In this document: positions 27,734 to 36,960 of the stretch, piece after piece
Layout of the letters: each line of letters begins with the position of its first letter
How positions within the stretch are numbered: the stretch's first letter is position 1
Source: Candidatus Omnitrophota bacterium
GTDB lineage: Bacteria > Omnitrophota > Gorgyraeia > Zapsychrales > JANLHA01
DNA length: 64,000 nt
Direction of reading: 5' to 3'
NCBI GenBank assembly: GCA_029560465.1
Contig: JAKQKX010000063.1
Span: 3,796 to 67,795, forward strand
The notes under the pieces: model-generated
Database searches by the model: none
The model's input: only the letters and a program-made list of their open reading frames with translations
What the model was told of the DNA's origin: nothing
Position numbers and translations under genes: made by a program

Positions 27734-27972
27734 GCCGGGTTTTGGGGACAGATGACTTAATTCGCTTATGAATTAGGTGCGTATCCCCGGAATTTTGGAA
27801 TTTGCCCGGAATTTCTGTGTTAAAGTGGAAACCCTGATTATCCGACGTTCCGGATAAGTGATATTACAGGGCAAATGGATACCATTTTATAAAAAACAGG
27901 GCTATAATAATGAAAAATCGGGGTAAAAATTGAATTATTCAAATGCCAAGAAACACCGCCAACCAGCAAATG
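27733..27972 (+). repeat. Copy 2 of the repeated intergenic element with hairpin (27735-27779)
   Basis: See copy 1. Carries an extra 47 nt with three reiterations of CCGGAATTT; again directly 5' of an AT-rich cassette. Confidence 0.85.
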
Positions 27973-28011
27973 GATAAGTCGTATAATAATTGTTCGCTAT
28001 AAGGGATATAG

Positions 28012-28605
28012 ATGACAGAGCAAGAAAAGAGGAATATTGAAGAATCAATTGATAACGTAAAAAACGCCTTCCAGAGAGCGCCAAACGTCCTTCTTACTGA
28101 GGAAGATCTTCGTGTGCACCTTTGCCATAGACTTATCAATCATTTCGGTACGGAAAATAGGACAAACGATGGCGACATATCAATATCATTACATACGGAA
28201 ATACGCTGGTACGGGAATGGAAATCTAAAGACTCGATCTGATATTGTGCTTGTTGACGTTTCAAGTCTTGACGTTAGTAAGCATTTTAAACTGCCTAGCA
28301 AAGGTTATGGATTCAACATTCCTAAGGCTATTATTGAATTGAAATTCCGCCGTCCGAACGGAGAAGCTACATCCCAATTTCTTAAGAAGATACGTCAAGA
28401 TATCATAAAGCTTCAAGAACTCATCCGAGTTTTTGAGACTGTTCAAGGACAAAACACGGTTGCGTTCTGGATGGTCGTATTTGACAAGAAGCACAATATT
28501 CAGTGTAATATTGACGAACTAAAAATTCCACCCGGTGTGAATGTTACATATTGTTTTGCAGAAAGTAGCGAACAAACGCCTGCACCGGACGCTGTGCGCC
28601 GGTGA
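28012..28605 (+). CDS. AT-rich hypothetical protein with PD-(D/E)xK nuclease-like motif arrangement
   Basis: Helix with E (EEDLRVHLCHRLINHF), beta-strand ending in D (RSDIVLVD), then AIIELKF (ExK); spacing typical of restriction-endonuclease-like fold; GC roughly 35%. Confidence 0.5.
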   Translation: MTEQEKRNIEESIDNVKNAFQRAPNVLLTEEDLRVHLCHRLINHFGTENRTNDGDISISLHTEIRWYGNGNLKTRSDIVLVDVSSLDVSKHFKLPSKGYGFNIPKAIIELKFRRPNGEATSQFLKKIRQDIIKLQELIRVFETVQGQNTVAFWMVVFDKKHNIQCNIDELKIPPGVNVTYCFAESSEQTPAPDAVRR

Positions 28606-28639
28606 GGTGCCGCGTTAGATTTATAGAAAAGGGGGTTTT

Positions 28640-29017
28640 ATGACTCAGCTAATAATTGGTTATTTAATATCTACAGTTGTTGGAGCATTTATCATGAAGT
28701 TTGTTATGGAGAAAAAAGTATGGGGAAAATGGCTGCAAGATAAAGAAGAAAAAAATGAAGATAAGAAAAAAAATATAAAAAAAATATCAATGCTAGTGGG
28801 CATTCTTGAACGTGTTTTATATACTACCGCAATAATAATGGGCCAATATTCTTTTATTGCTATATGGTTAGGTATTAAAGTTGCACCAAAATGGGGCAAG
28901 TGGCATGAGGAAGAAAATCGTGGTATCTTTAATGCATTTTTGATAGGCAATGCGTTATCTATTATCATAGCCTTCGTGGGAGCATGGGTTATTAAACCAA
29001 GTATTCTTAAAATATAA
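28640..29017 (+). CDS. Small 4-TM membrane protein with K/E-rich cytoplasmic loop
   Basis: Four hydrophobic helices; loop KEEKNEDKKKNIKK; RBS AAAGGGGG; very AT-rich. Confidence 0.5.
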   Translation: MTQLIIGYLISTVVGAFIMKFVMEKKVWGKWLQDKEEKNEDKKKNIKKISMLVGILERVLYTTAIIMGQYSFIAIWLGIKVAPKWGKWHEEENRGIFNAFLIGNALSIIIAFVGAWVIKPSILKI

Positions 29018-29193
29018 TCAGGAAATCTAACACCTATAAGGCCCCGGAAGTCGAGATAAAGAGTTTGCCCGACGAAGATTTTTAAAGATTTTTGAAATTT
29101 ATAAAGAAGAGTTGTTCATTGGATTTGTGTAAAAATGTCTATCTGTGGATTGGGCGGCAATCCGGTTGTCGGTATATTGAGGAGGTTGCGTTC

Positions 29194-29907
29194 ATGGTTC
29201 TACGAGAATGTCCGTCTGAGGAAGAGTGGAACGAGATTTTTGGCAATTCTCTATTCCCGGATATCCTAAAATTTGTAGATAGTTTAAAACGTTCTGGTAA
29301 GACTTATGAAGATGGCTTTGAATTTATACGGGGAATAGAAACGCGTGAATATTACTTTCAACTTCGCCACAGAATAGCAGATACAGCAATAAGTTATGTG
29401 TTTGTAGTGTACTTCTATAATAAGGGTATACCTGATAAACGTTGGTCTGTTTCTCCCGGCAGGGACGGATGTTCTGTGGAATACTTCCCAGATTTTGAAA
29501 ATATACATTATGAAATAAAGAAATGGTTCGACTACTATTCTGACGTTTTCTACTATAAGTTATTTTCGGCCCTAGACATCGTTGGTCATATCTTAAACAA
29601 CACTCAAAATCTTAAGATCAAAAAAAGTAAAGTTTCGTTTTCCAGAAGCCTCAGAAAACTTGAGGGCATCAATGATGAATTATTTGAAACCATTAATTCC
29701 ATCAATCAAAATCAGGATTTTAAGACGGCCCAAGAAATTAGAAATGATATAACACATAATTACTTGCCAAGCTCAGTGGGGGTTTCTGTAACTATTGATG
29801 AAAAGCAAGGAATCGTTGGAGAAAGAGCTTACATTACCTCCTGTGATATCATTAACAATATTAACTCAATGCTTAAATTGTTTAAGCAAATTTTAGACGC
29901 TATATGA
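29194..29907 (+). CDS. Abi-like protein with C-terminal HEPN motif (Rx4H)
   Basis: TAQEIRNDITHNYLPS carries R-x4-H; start chosen at ATG 29194 preceded by GAGGAGG (track lists a TTG at 29092); AT-rich. Confidence 0.5.
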   Translation: MVLRECPSEEEWNEIFGNSLFPDILKFVDSLKRSGKTYEDGFEFIRGIETREYYFQLRHRIADTAISYVFVVYFYNKGIPDKRWSVSPGRDGCSVEYFPDFENIHYEIKKWFDYYSDVFYYKLFSALDIVGHILNNTQNLKIKKSKVSFSRSLRKLEGINDELFETINSINQNQDFKTAQEIRNDITHNYLPSSVGVSVTIDEKQGIVGERAYITSCDIINNINSMLKLFKQILDAI

Positions 29908-30131
29908 AAAATAGCCCAACAAAAAATGCAGCGGATGCGTAGTCAGGCCCCTGATTTTGGGCGTTGTGTGAAAAAAAACAGGGGAAACTTGTCCACACAA
30001 ATAATCCAACCCTGCCATCTGTTATGGGGCAATACATCACCCCTTTCTTTGTACAGGATAAAAATGGCTAAAAATATTCCACTAACGATTCAATTGAGCG
30101 GATCGGCCTTGCGGCCTCCCGCTTATTTTGG

Positions 30132-30773
30132 ATGTTAGATCGCTATAAGGATTGCGCTATGAGTGGTTGTTGTGACAAGGATTGTTCTTTAGAACGCCTG
30201 CGGGAACGGCAGCGCGGAACGTTGCAAATTGTCCTCGGCATTAACGCCGTGATGTTTTTTGTCATCGTTGCCGCTGCGCTTTATGGCAAGTCAACCGCGC
30301 TGCTGGCTGACAGTCTTGATAATCTTGGAGACGCATTGACATACGGCCTTAGCCTCTACGCGGTTTCGAGGGGCACTGCCGTTAAGGCCAAAGTCGCCCT
30401 GTTTAAGGGCGGGCTTATTTTCCTGGCGGCTGTTACCGTGGCCGCTCAAATTATTTACAAGTTTTTTGTCCCAGGTCTGCCCATTTTCGAGGTTATGGGC
30501 GCGTTCAGTCTTCTTGGCCTTGCCGCAAACTCCCTTTGTCTTTTTCTGCTGTGGCGACATCGCCACGAAGATGTGAATATGAGTTCCGTGTGGGAGTGCT
30601 CGCGAAACGACATCGCATCCAATCTTTCGGTTTTCGTGGCGGCCGGCGCGGTCTGGTTCACCGGTTCAGGCTGGCCTGATATTGTGGTTGCCGTGGGTCT
30701 CGTGTGGCTTTTAATGCGTTCCGCTCTTCGCGTTATTTCTTCAGCGATGGTAGAGCTTCGTACGGCAGCCTGA
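30132..30773 (+). CDS. Cation diffusion facilitator (CzcD-like) transporter, short form (213 aa, TM domain only)
   Basis: Cys-rich N-terminus CAMSGCCDKDC, TM helices with DSLDNLGDALTYGLSLYA (CDF signature-like). The cytoplasmic C-terminal domain found in most CDFs is absent. Confidence 0.7.
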   Translation: MLDRYKDCAMSGCCDKDCSLERLRERQRGTLQIVLGINAVMFFVIVAAALYGKSTALLADSLDNLGDALTYGLSLYAVSRGTAVKAKVALFKGGLIFLAAVTVAAQIIYKFFVPGLPIFEVMGAFSLLGLAANSLCLFLLWRHRHEDVNMSSVWECSRNDIASNLSVFVAAGAVWFTGSGWPDIVVAVGLVWLLMRSALRVISSAMVELRTAA

Positions 30774-30920
30774 CAATTCGCTCAACACGGACGGGTCAAA
30801 GCACCGCAGGAGTAAAACAACAACCGCTTCGCGGACAACCGCAGGACAAGGCTGTTGAGCAACAGTTCGAGGATGAATAAAGAATATGTCTAGGGACCTG
30901 CTCCCCGGGAAAGACTGCGA

Positions 30921-30985
30921 TTGCAGGATCAGGCGGCCACTCTGGTTGACTTGTTGCGTTCCGGCCATGGGGCGCTTCCGGCTGT
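30921..30985 (+). pseudogene. Diverged remnant of a paralogous methyltransferase N-terminus (homologous to 26733-26795)
   Basis: About 72% nucleotide identity over ~58 nt; encodes RLQDQAATLVDLLRS versus RLQDQATTLVDLLHS in the intact MTase; reading frame diverges afterwards. Confidence 0.35.
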
Positions 30986-31018
30986 AGCGGGCCGCGGTAA
31001 AACAAAAAGGAGAAAAAA

Positions 31019-31489
31019 ATGGAAAAAGGAACATGCTGCCCTCAATTTAACCCGGCTCTGTGGGAAGAAAAAAGTTATAAGTGGGATAAAAAAATATTTA
31101 TTAAGGATAACGTTTTCACGGTGTTTTACATGCCCATGAATTTTGGCCCGGTGATAAAAAGAATGATGGCAAAGATTGAAAAGGCGGGGGCCAAGGCGCT
31201 GGACTGGATGGCTTTATCAGACCACACTTCCCCATGGAACATGGATTTATACGTCGCGGTTGACAGAGAAGTGCCGGGAGCCCACAATACGGCCATTTCC
31301 GGAGATTTTTTCAGCAAGGTGTACGAAGGCCCATTTAAAGATACCGGCAAATGGTGCAAAGATTTTGAAGCGTTTGCTAAGAATAAAAATTTGAACATAA
31401 ACAAATTATATATGTGGTACACGACATGCCCCAAATGCGCCCAGAAATACGGGAAAAATTATGTCGTCATAATGGGGAAAACCAGTTAA
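31019..31489 (+). CDS. Hypothetical protein with C-terminal CPKC motif
   Basis: ORF track; RBS AAAGGAG; no family recognised. Confidence 0.45.
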   Translation: MEKGTCCPQFNPALWEEKSYKWDKKIFIKDNVFTVFYMPMNFGPVIKRMMAKIEKAGAKALDWMALSDHTSPWNMDLYVAVDREVPGAHNTAISGDFFSKVYEGPFKDTGKWCKDFEAFAKNKNLNINKLYMWYTTCPKCAQKYGKNYVVIMGKTS

Positions 31490-31588
31490 GATTTTGATAG
31501 GGCCAGCCGGCGAATTTTGCCTTTTTGCGCGCGGGCGGTTCAGGCCGGGGACCTTTTCATTAAATGGCTGAACAAAGGAGGAACGGCT

Positions 31589-31996
31589 ATGGCATTGTTT
31601 GAATGGGATGAAACTTTTAGTGTTAATGTCGTTGAGATTGATCAACAGCACCGGAAGCTTGTTGAGATGGTTAATGAACTTCACGATGCCATGGGCGCAG
31701 GAAAGAGCAAGGAGATTTTAGGCAAGATTATCAAAGGCCTCAGTAATTATGCAAAGATACATTTCGCGACAGAGGAAAAATATTTTGACCAGTTTGGCTA
31801 TCCTGACGCCGACAGTCATAAAGACGAACATGCCAATTTCGCGCAGAAAGTTGCCGAGTTTAAAGAGGGGTTTGACGCGGGGAGACTCGGGTTGTCTATA
31901 GAGGTGATGAGGTTTTTGTCGACATGGCTCAAAAGCCACATCAAAGATGTTGATAAGAAATACGGGCCTTTTTTCAATGAGAATGGCCTGAAATAG
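31589..31996 (+). CDS. Bacteriohemerythrin (hemerythrin-like O2/metal-binding protein)
   Basis: MALFEWDETFSVNVVEIDQQHRKLVEMVNELHDAM...H...E..H...H...D hemerythrin His/Asp ligand pattern; start at ATG 31589 after AAAGGAGG (track ORF starts earlier). Confidence 0.8.
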   Translation: MALFEWDETFSVNVVEIDQQHRKLVEMVNELHDAMGAGKSKEILGKIIKGLSNYAKIHFATEEKYFDQFGYPDADSHKDEHANFAQKVAEFKEGFDAGRLGLSIEVMRFLSTWLKSHIKDVDKKYGPFFNENGLK

Positions 31997-32097
31997 GCCA
32001 ACCACGAGGCGGTTCCTTTGCTAACTAGATTGACCTTGAGATGTCCAGGGTTTATTTTTAAAACTGGTGTATCAAAGCGTATCGCAGGAGGTGGGGC

Positions 32098-34431
32098 ATG
32101 AACGAGGAGATATTTCACGATATTTGCGACTTCCTTGAGGTTCCAATCTTCATCATCAATGTGGAGGCCGCCGGGTGTTTCACGTTCAGCTATCTTAACC
32201 CGGCCTTTGAGAAAGCCACGGGCCTTGGCCAGGAGGGCGTCGTTGGCAGGCGGTTTGAAGATATCTCCGGGTTTCCCGGGGAAGGCGCTGCCCTGTTACG
32301 GGTCAGATGCCAACGCTGCCTGGAGGAGGGAACCCCAAGCGGTGACGGCGATGAGGAGCGCCCTGTCCCCATGGGCCGCCAGTCTTTTTCCACGGTTCTG
32401 GTCCCAATGCGCGGCGCTGCCGGCAAGACGGGCCATATCGCGGGAATGCTCCGGACCAGTGCCAAGCGCCGGCAGGCCGAGAAGGACTTGCGGCAGTCGC
32501 ACGATCTGCTTCGGGCCATCATCGAAGCCGTCCCGACGGCGATCATTGGCCTGGATTTGGACGGAAACGTGCATACCGTGTGGAACGCGGCCGCGGAGAA
32601 GATGCTGGGCTGGAGCGCGCAGGAGGTGATGGGCCGCCCGCTGCCGACCGTGCCCGCCGGAAGCCAGGAGGAATTCCGGGGCTTTCGGGAAAGTATCCGC
32701 AGGGGGCTTACCCTTAACGGCGTGGAAGTGCGCCGCCAGAAACGTGACGGCACGCCTATTGATTACAGCATCTATGCCTCGCCCCTCCATGACGCGGAAG
32801 GGCACATTTCCGGCAACATCGCCGTATTGGTGGACATCGGGGAACGCAAGCGGGCCAAGCAGGCTGTCGAAGAGAGTGAAAATAAAATGCGCAGCATTCT
32901 GGAGAACATCGGGATAGGTGTGTCGCTTATAAGTCCCGGCATGGAGATCCTTGAAATGAATCGCCAGATGCGGGAATGGTTCCCTAACGTCGAGCTGAGC
33001 CAGCATCCCGTCTGTTACCAGGTGTTCAACAACCCGCCGGGGGAAGGAGTCTGCGACTACTGTCCGACGCGCAAGACCTTCCAGGACGGGTTGGTTCATA
33101 AAGCCACGACGACAACGCCGCAGGGAGACCGCGTACGCCATTACCACGTTGTCTCTTCCCCTATTTTCAACGCGTCAAAGGAGGTTACGGCCGTCATCGA
33201 GATGGTGGAGGATATCACGGAGCAGGAACAGGCCGACAAGGAAACGGCGCGGTTGCAGGCGCAGCTGGCCCAGGCGCAGAAGATGGAATCCGTGGGGCGG
33301 CTCGCGGGCGGCGTGGCCCACGACTTCAACAACATGCTCTCCGTGATTATCGGGTATACGGAACTGGCGCTCATGGATATCGCCCCGGCCGATCCGCGTT
33401 ATCCCCATCTTCAGGAAGTCGTGGCCGCTGCCCGGCGGTCGGCCTCCTTCACCAGACAACTGTTGGCCTTTGCGCGCCGACAGACCGTTTCTCCGCGTAT
33501 TTTAAACCTGAACGACACCGTAGCCGGCATGCTCAATATGCTCGAGCGGCTCATCGGCGAGAACATCAAGTTGTCCTGGGTGCCGGCCGTGGACTTGTGG
33601 CCTGTTAAGATGGATTCCAGCCAGATCGATCAGGTGCTGACAAACCTGTGCGTCAATGCCCGGGATGCGATTTCCGGGGCGGGGAAGGTCACCATCACGA
33701 CAGGGAATTGCACTTTTGATGACGCTTATTGCGCCAGCCACAAGGGGCTTGTTCCCGGCGATTACACCCTGCTTTCCGTCACGGACGATGGTTATGGCAT
33801 GGATGAGGAAACACAATCCCATATTTTCGAGCCCTTTTTCAGCACAAAAGACCTGAAGAAAGGCACCGGCCTGGGATTAGCCACTGTGTACGGGATTGTC
33901 AAACAGAACAATGGTTATATTGACGTATTTAGCAAGCCGGGACAGGGAACGGCGTTCAAGGTGTATTTCCCGCGGCAGAAGGCCCATCGGGTGGAGGCGG
34001 GGGGGAAGCCAGAGGCGGAAATATCGATACAGGGAACCGAAACCATTCTGGTCGTTGATGATGAAAATGTGGTCCTGAATTTGTGCGCGCATATCCTCCA
34101 GGTGTTGGGGTATACGCCCTTGATGGCCAAGTCGCCCCAGGAGGCCATGTGTCTGTTCGAGAAGCACGCGCAGGACATTCAACTGTTGCTCACCGACGTG
34201 GTGTTGCCGGAGATGACTGGCCGGGATCTGGCGCAAAGGCTTGTTTCTGTTAAGCCCGGTTTGAAATGTTTGTATATGTCAGGGTATGCGCCCCACATCA
34301 TTGCCCCTCGGGGAGTCCTGGAGAAGGGGATTCATTTCATACCGAAGCCGATTTCAATGAAGGACTTGGGGGTTGCGGTGCGTCAGGTGCTTGACGAGAC
34401 GCCGTCCGGGGATAATGAAGAGGCGGGCTAA
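32098..34431 (+). CDS. Hybrid sensor histidine kinase (multiple PAS, HisKA, HATPase_c, receiver)
   Basis: H-box LAGGVAHDFNNMLSVI, G-box GTGLGLATV, receiver ILVVDDE...LLLTDVVLPEMTG; RBS GCAGGAGGTGG. Confidence 0.85.
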   Translation: MNEEIFHDICDFLEVPIFIINVEAAGCFTFSYLNPAFEKATGLGQEGVVGRRFEDISGFPGEGAALLRVRCQRCLEEGTPSGDGDEERPVPMGRQSFSTVLVPMRGAAGKTGHIAGMLRTSAKRRQAEKDLRQSHDLLRAIIEAVPTAIIGLDLDGNVHTVWNAAAEKMLGWSAQEVMGRPLPTVPAGSQEEFRGFRESIRRGLTLNGVEVRRQKRDGTPIDYSIYASPLHDAEGHISGNIAVLVDIGERKRAKQAVEESENKMRSILENIGIGVSLISPGMEILEMNRQMREWFPNVELSQHPVCYQVFNNPPGEGVCDYCPTRKTFQDGLVHKATTTTPQGDRVRHYHVVSSPIFNASKEVTAVIEMVEDITEQEQADKETARLQAQLAQAQKMESVGRLAGGVAHDFNNMLSVIIGYTELALMDIAPADPRYPHLQEVVAAARRSASFTRQLLAFARRQTVSPRILNLNDTVAGMLNMLERLIGENIKLSWVPAVDLWPVKMDSSQIDQVLTNLCVNARDAISGAGKVTITTGNCTFDDAYCASHKGLVPGDYTLLSVTDDGYGMDEETQSHIFEPFFSTKDLKKGTGLGLATVYGIVKQNNGYIDVFSKPGQGTAFKVYFPRQKAHRVEAGGKPEAEISIQGTETILVVDDENVVLNLCAHILQVLGYTPLMAKSPQEAMCLFEKHAQDIQLLLTDVVLPEMTGRDLAQRLVSVKPGLKCLYMSGYAPHIIAPRGVLEKGIHFIPKPISMKDLGVAVRQVLDETPSGDNEEAG

Positions 34432-34522
34432 CACAGAGGATCCGAAGCGAAAGCCCCGGGGGAGGATATCCGGAGTTCCCCGCGCGGGGCGCCGGATTAA
34501 GGAAAGGGGCATCAGGCACATC

Positions 34523-34891
34523 ATGAAAACACGGAAAGAAATCATAAGAGAATACAAGGAAAGAAAAATTTCGGCGGGAATTTTTCAGATCAGGAACACC
34601 CTTAAGAATAAAGTGTTGCTGGGCAGCAGTAAAAACCTTGAAGGCATATGGAACAGCAACCGTTTTCAGCTGTCGGCCGGCGCGCACAGGAATAAAAAAT
34701 TACAAGAGGACTGGAATGAATGCGGAGCGGAATGTTTTATTTTTGAGATATTGGAAGTCATTGAAGAAAAAGACGGGCCGTGTTTCAATATGGAGGATGA
34801 GTTAACGTTGCTTGAACAGATATGGGTTGAGAAAATCAAGCCTTTTGACAGCAACGGATATAATGACAACAGCAATATCAGGGTGGCGTAA
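34523..34891 (+). CDS. Small stand-alone GIY-YIG nuclease-domain protein (YhbQ/UPF0213-like)
   Basis: GIFQIRN...LLGSSKNLEGIWNSNRFQLSAGAHRNKKLQEDWNECGAECFIFEILE matches the GIY-YIG consensus (GIY..YIG..N...R...H...N...E). Confidence 0.7.
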   Translation: MKTRKEIIREYKERKISAGIFQIRNTLKNKVLLGSSKNLEGIWNSNRFQLSAGAHRNKKLQEDWNECGAECFIFEILEVIEEKDGPCFNMEDELTLLEQIWVEKIKPFDSNGYNDNSNIRVA

Positions 34892-34974
34892 CATGTTATG
34901 CCACGAAAATATTTGAAAGGACACACGGCAAGAGGGCGCGCGGGCGTTTCTGTCGCATGTCCAATGAGGCCTAT

Positions 34975-36507
34975 TTATCCCCACCAGCTCCTGTCTAGGC
35001 TTCTGTATTGGATGGCCTCGGCGATGTGCTCGGGCAAAATCCGCTTTGAGCCGGCGAGGTCGCTGACCGTGCGCGCGATTTTAATGATTTTGTCATGGGC
35101 CCGGGCCGAGAAGTTGAGTTCTTCGATGGCCTGTTTTAGGAGGCCGCGACATTCCGGGGACAAGGGGCAGTATTCTTTGAGTTGACGATGATTGAGCTGT
35201 GCGTTGACGGTGATGCTGGTGCCGGCAAACCGCTTTTTTTGAATTTCCCGGGCCTTGATGGTCCTTTCTTTTATTTGCGCCGACGTTTCTCCTCTTGTGT
35301 TGGACAGGAGTTCTGCCGGAGGGAGGGGAGGGACATCCAGATGAATATCAATGCGGTCCAGAAGAGGGCCGGACACTTTCGAAATATAACGCTGGATCTG
35401 CCAGGAGGAACACCGGCATTCTCTTTTCGGGTCGGTGAAAAATCCGCACGGGCAGGGGTTCATGGCGGCGACGAACATGAAGTTGGCCGGGAACTGCATG
35501 GTTTTTGACGCGCGCGCGATGGTGACGTGTTTGTCTTCCAGGGGCTGGCGCAGCGCCTCAAGCGCGTTGCGGTTGAATTCCGGAAGTTCGTCCAGGAAAA
35601 GAATACCGTTGTGGGCCAGGGTCACCTCTCCCGGGCGCGGGTTCGATCCGCCTCCGACCAAGGCCACATCAGAGGTCGTGTGATGTGGGGCGCGGAAAGG
35701 GCGCTGGGTCACCATCCCTGTTTTTGATTTCACCAGGCCCATCGCGGAATAAATCCGGGTTGTCTCCAGGATCTCTTCCCGGCTCATTTTAGGGACAATG
35801 CTGTTTAATCGTCGAAGAACCAGCGACTTTCCTGTCCCGGGGCTTCCCATTAATAGGCAATTGTGGGCCCCGGCGGCGCAGACCTCGAGCCCGCGCTTGA
35901 CATGCGATAGACCTTTGACATCGGCAAAATCCAGTTCTTCGTCATCAGGCTGGCTTGTTAACAAGGATGGGTCGGTTTTGAAAGGCCGGATGCTTTCGGG
36001 ATCAGAGAGGAAATGGATCACCTGATTTAGCGAATCGACCGGATAAACGTCCATGACGTCGGCTATAGCCGCTTCCGGCGCGTTGGCCGACGGCAGAAGG
36101 AGCCCTTTAAAACGGTTTTTATCCATGGACAGCGCGATGGATAACGCGCCCTTGACGGGCTTCACTTTTCCATCTAAAGAGAGTTCTCCCAAAATGGCGT
36201 ATTCATTTAATCGTTGGGGAGAAATTTGTTCGGATGACGCTAATATTCCTAAGGCAATCGGCAAATCAAAGGACGGGCCTTCCTTTTTTGTGTCCGCCGG
36301 GGAAAGATTGATGGTGCTTCTTGAAATGGGGAATTTGTGCCCGCTGTTTTTAATGGCCGCGCGGACGCGTTCTTTGCTTTCTTTAAGCGTGTTGTCGGGG
36401 AGCCCGACAATGATCGTTGCCGGCAGGCCGCGCGAGCAATCGACCTCGATCGTGACTAAATACGAATCTATGCCGTTTAGGGCGTAACTGTAAGTTTTTG
36501 ATAACAT
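34975..36507 (-). CDS. YifB/ComM family Mg-chelatase-like AAA+ ATPase
   Basis: True start MLSKTYSYALNGIDSYLVTIEVDCSRGLPATIIVGLPD (the N-terminal Lon-like domain typical of YifB); Walker A GSPGTGKS; MCM/ChlI-like C-terminus. The track ORF is extended 96 codons upstream without support. Confidence 0.85.
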   Translation of the reverse strand: MLSKTYSYALNGIDSYLVTIEVDCSRGLPATIIVGLPDNTLKESKERVRAAIKNSGHKFPISRSTINLSPADTKKEGPSFDLPIALGILASSEQISPQRLNEYAILGELSLDGKVKPVKGALSIALSMDKNRFKGLLLPSANAPEAAIADVMDVYPVDSLNQVIHFLSDPESIRPFKTDPSLLTSQPDDEELDFADVKGLSHVKRGLEVCAAGAHNCLLMGSPGTGKSLVLRRLNSIVPKMSREEILETTRIYSAMGLVKSKTGMVTQRPFRAPHHTTSDVALVGGGSNPRPGEVTLAHNGILFLDELPEFNRNALEALRQPLEDKHVTIARASKTMQFPANFMFVAAMNPCPCGFFTDPKRECRCSSWQIQRYISKVSGPLLDRIDIHLDVPPLPPAELLSNTRGETSAQIKERTIKAREIQKKRFAGTSITVNAQLNHRQLKEYCPLSPECRGLLKQAIEELNFSARAHDKIIKIARTVSDLAGSKRILPEHIAEAIQYRSLDRSWWG

Positions 36508-36960
36508 TATATTTCCATTTTTTGGTTTAATTGTGTGGATGAAATCCGATCCGGCCTTCCGGCTTTTCCAGTGGTTCCAGTAATTTTTTAATGGCCTTAA
36601 AAACGATCTTGAATTGATGATCGTATTTCCTTTGGCAGCTTGCGGGTGCCGCCCCAGCTTGATGTGCCCAAGAGGTTGGCCGGGGAGAAAAAGCCAGGGC
36701 CGCGTTCGGCTGTGAAAGGAACGGCACCGCTTCCGACAGGGTGCGCGCCGGGACCTGCCCGCTGGCAACCCTTTCCCAACACCCACTTTGATCATAACCG
36801 GGCCTCCATCCCGGAAATGCCGTCATTTGAAATTCGGGTTGGTACAGGACAAAGAGTCTTTCTTTTGGGGGGGTTTTTAAAATAAGGGAAAAAAGGGGAA
36901 CGCGTGGGGTGAAATCTTATTATTATCAATAATAATATCAAAAGAAGAAAATTAAAGACC

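Noticed and set aside
29926-30138. 70-aa ORF and a 24-aa ORF (30063-30137) between cassette II and the CDF gene
   Set aside because: No RBS or domain signal. Possibly leader sequence for the CDF gene, but unsupported
32296-33147. 283-aa minus-strand ORF (plus 32190-32753)
   Set aside because: Antisense within the hybrid histidine kinase gene
34373-34522. N-terminal extension of the GIY-YIG ORF as listed in the track
   Set aside because: Overlaps the end of the histidine kinase gene in another frame. The GIY-YIG domain begins right after ATG 34523, which gives a typical ~120-aa stand-alone protein
36509-36840. 99-aa ORF and 96-codon N-terminal extension of the yifB ORF; YraN-like gene expected next to yifB
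   Set aside because: All three minus-strand frames were translated by hand. None shows YraN/PD-(D/E)xK motifs or any recognisable domain. YifB clearly begins at MLSKTYSYALNGIDSYL (36507), so the GC-rich stretch is treated as non-coding or leader
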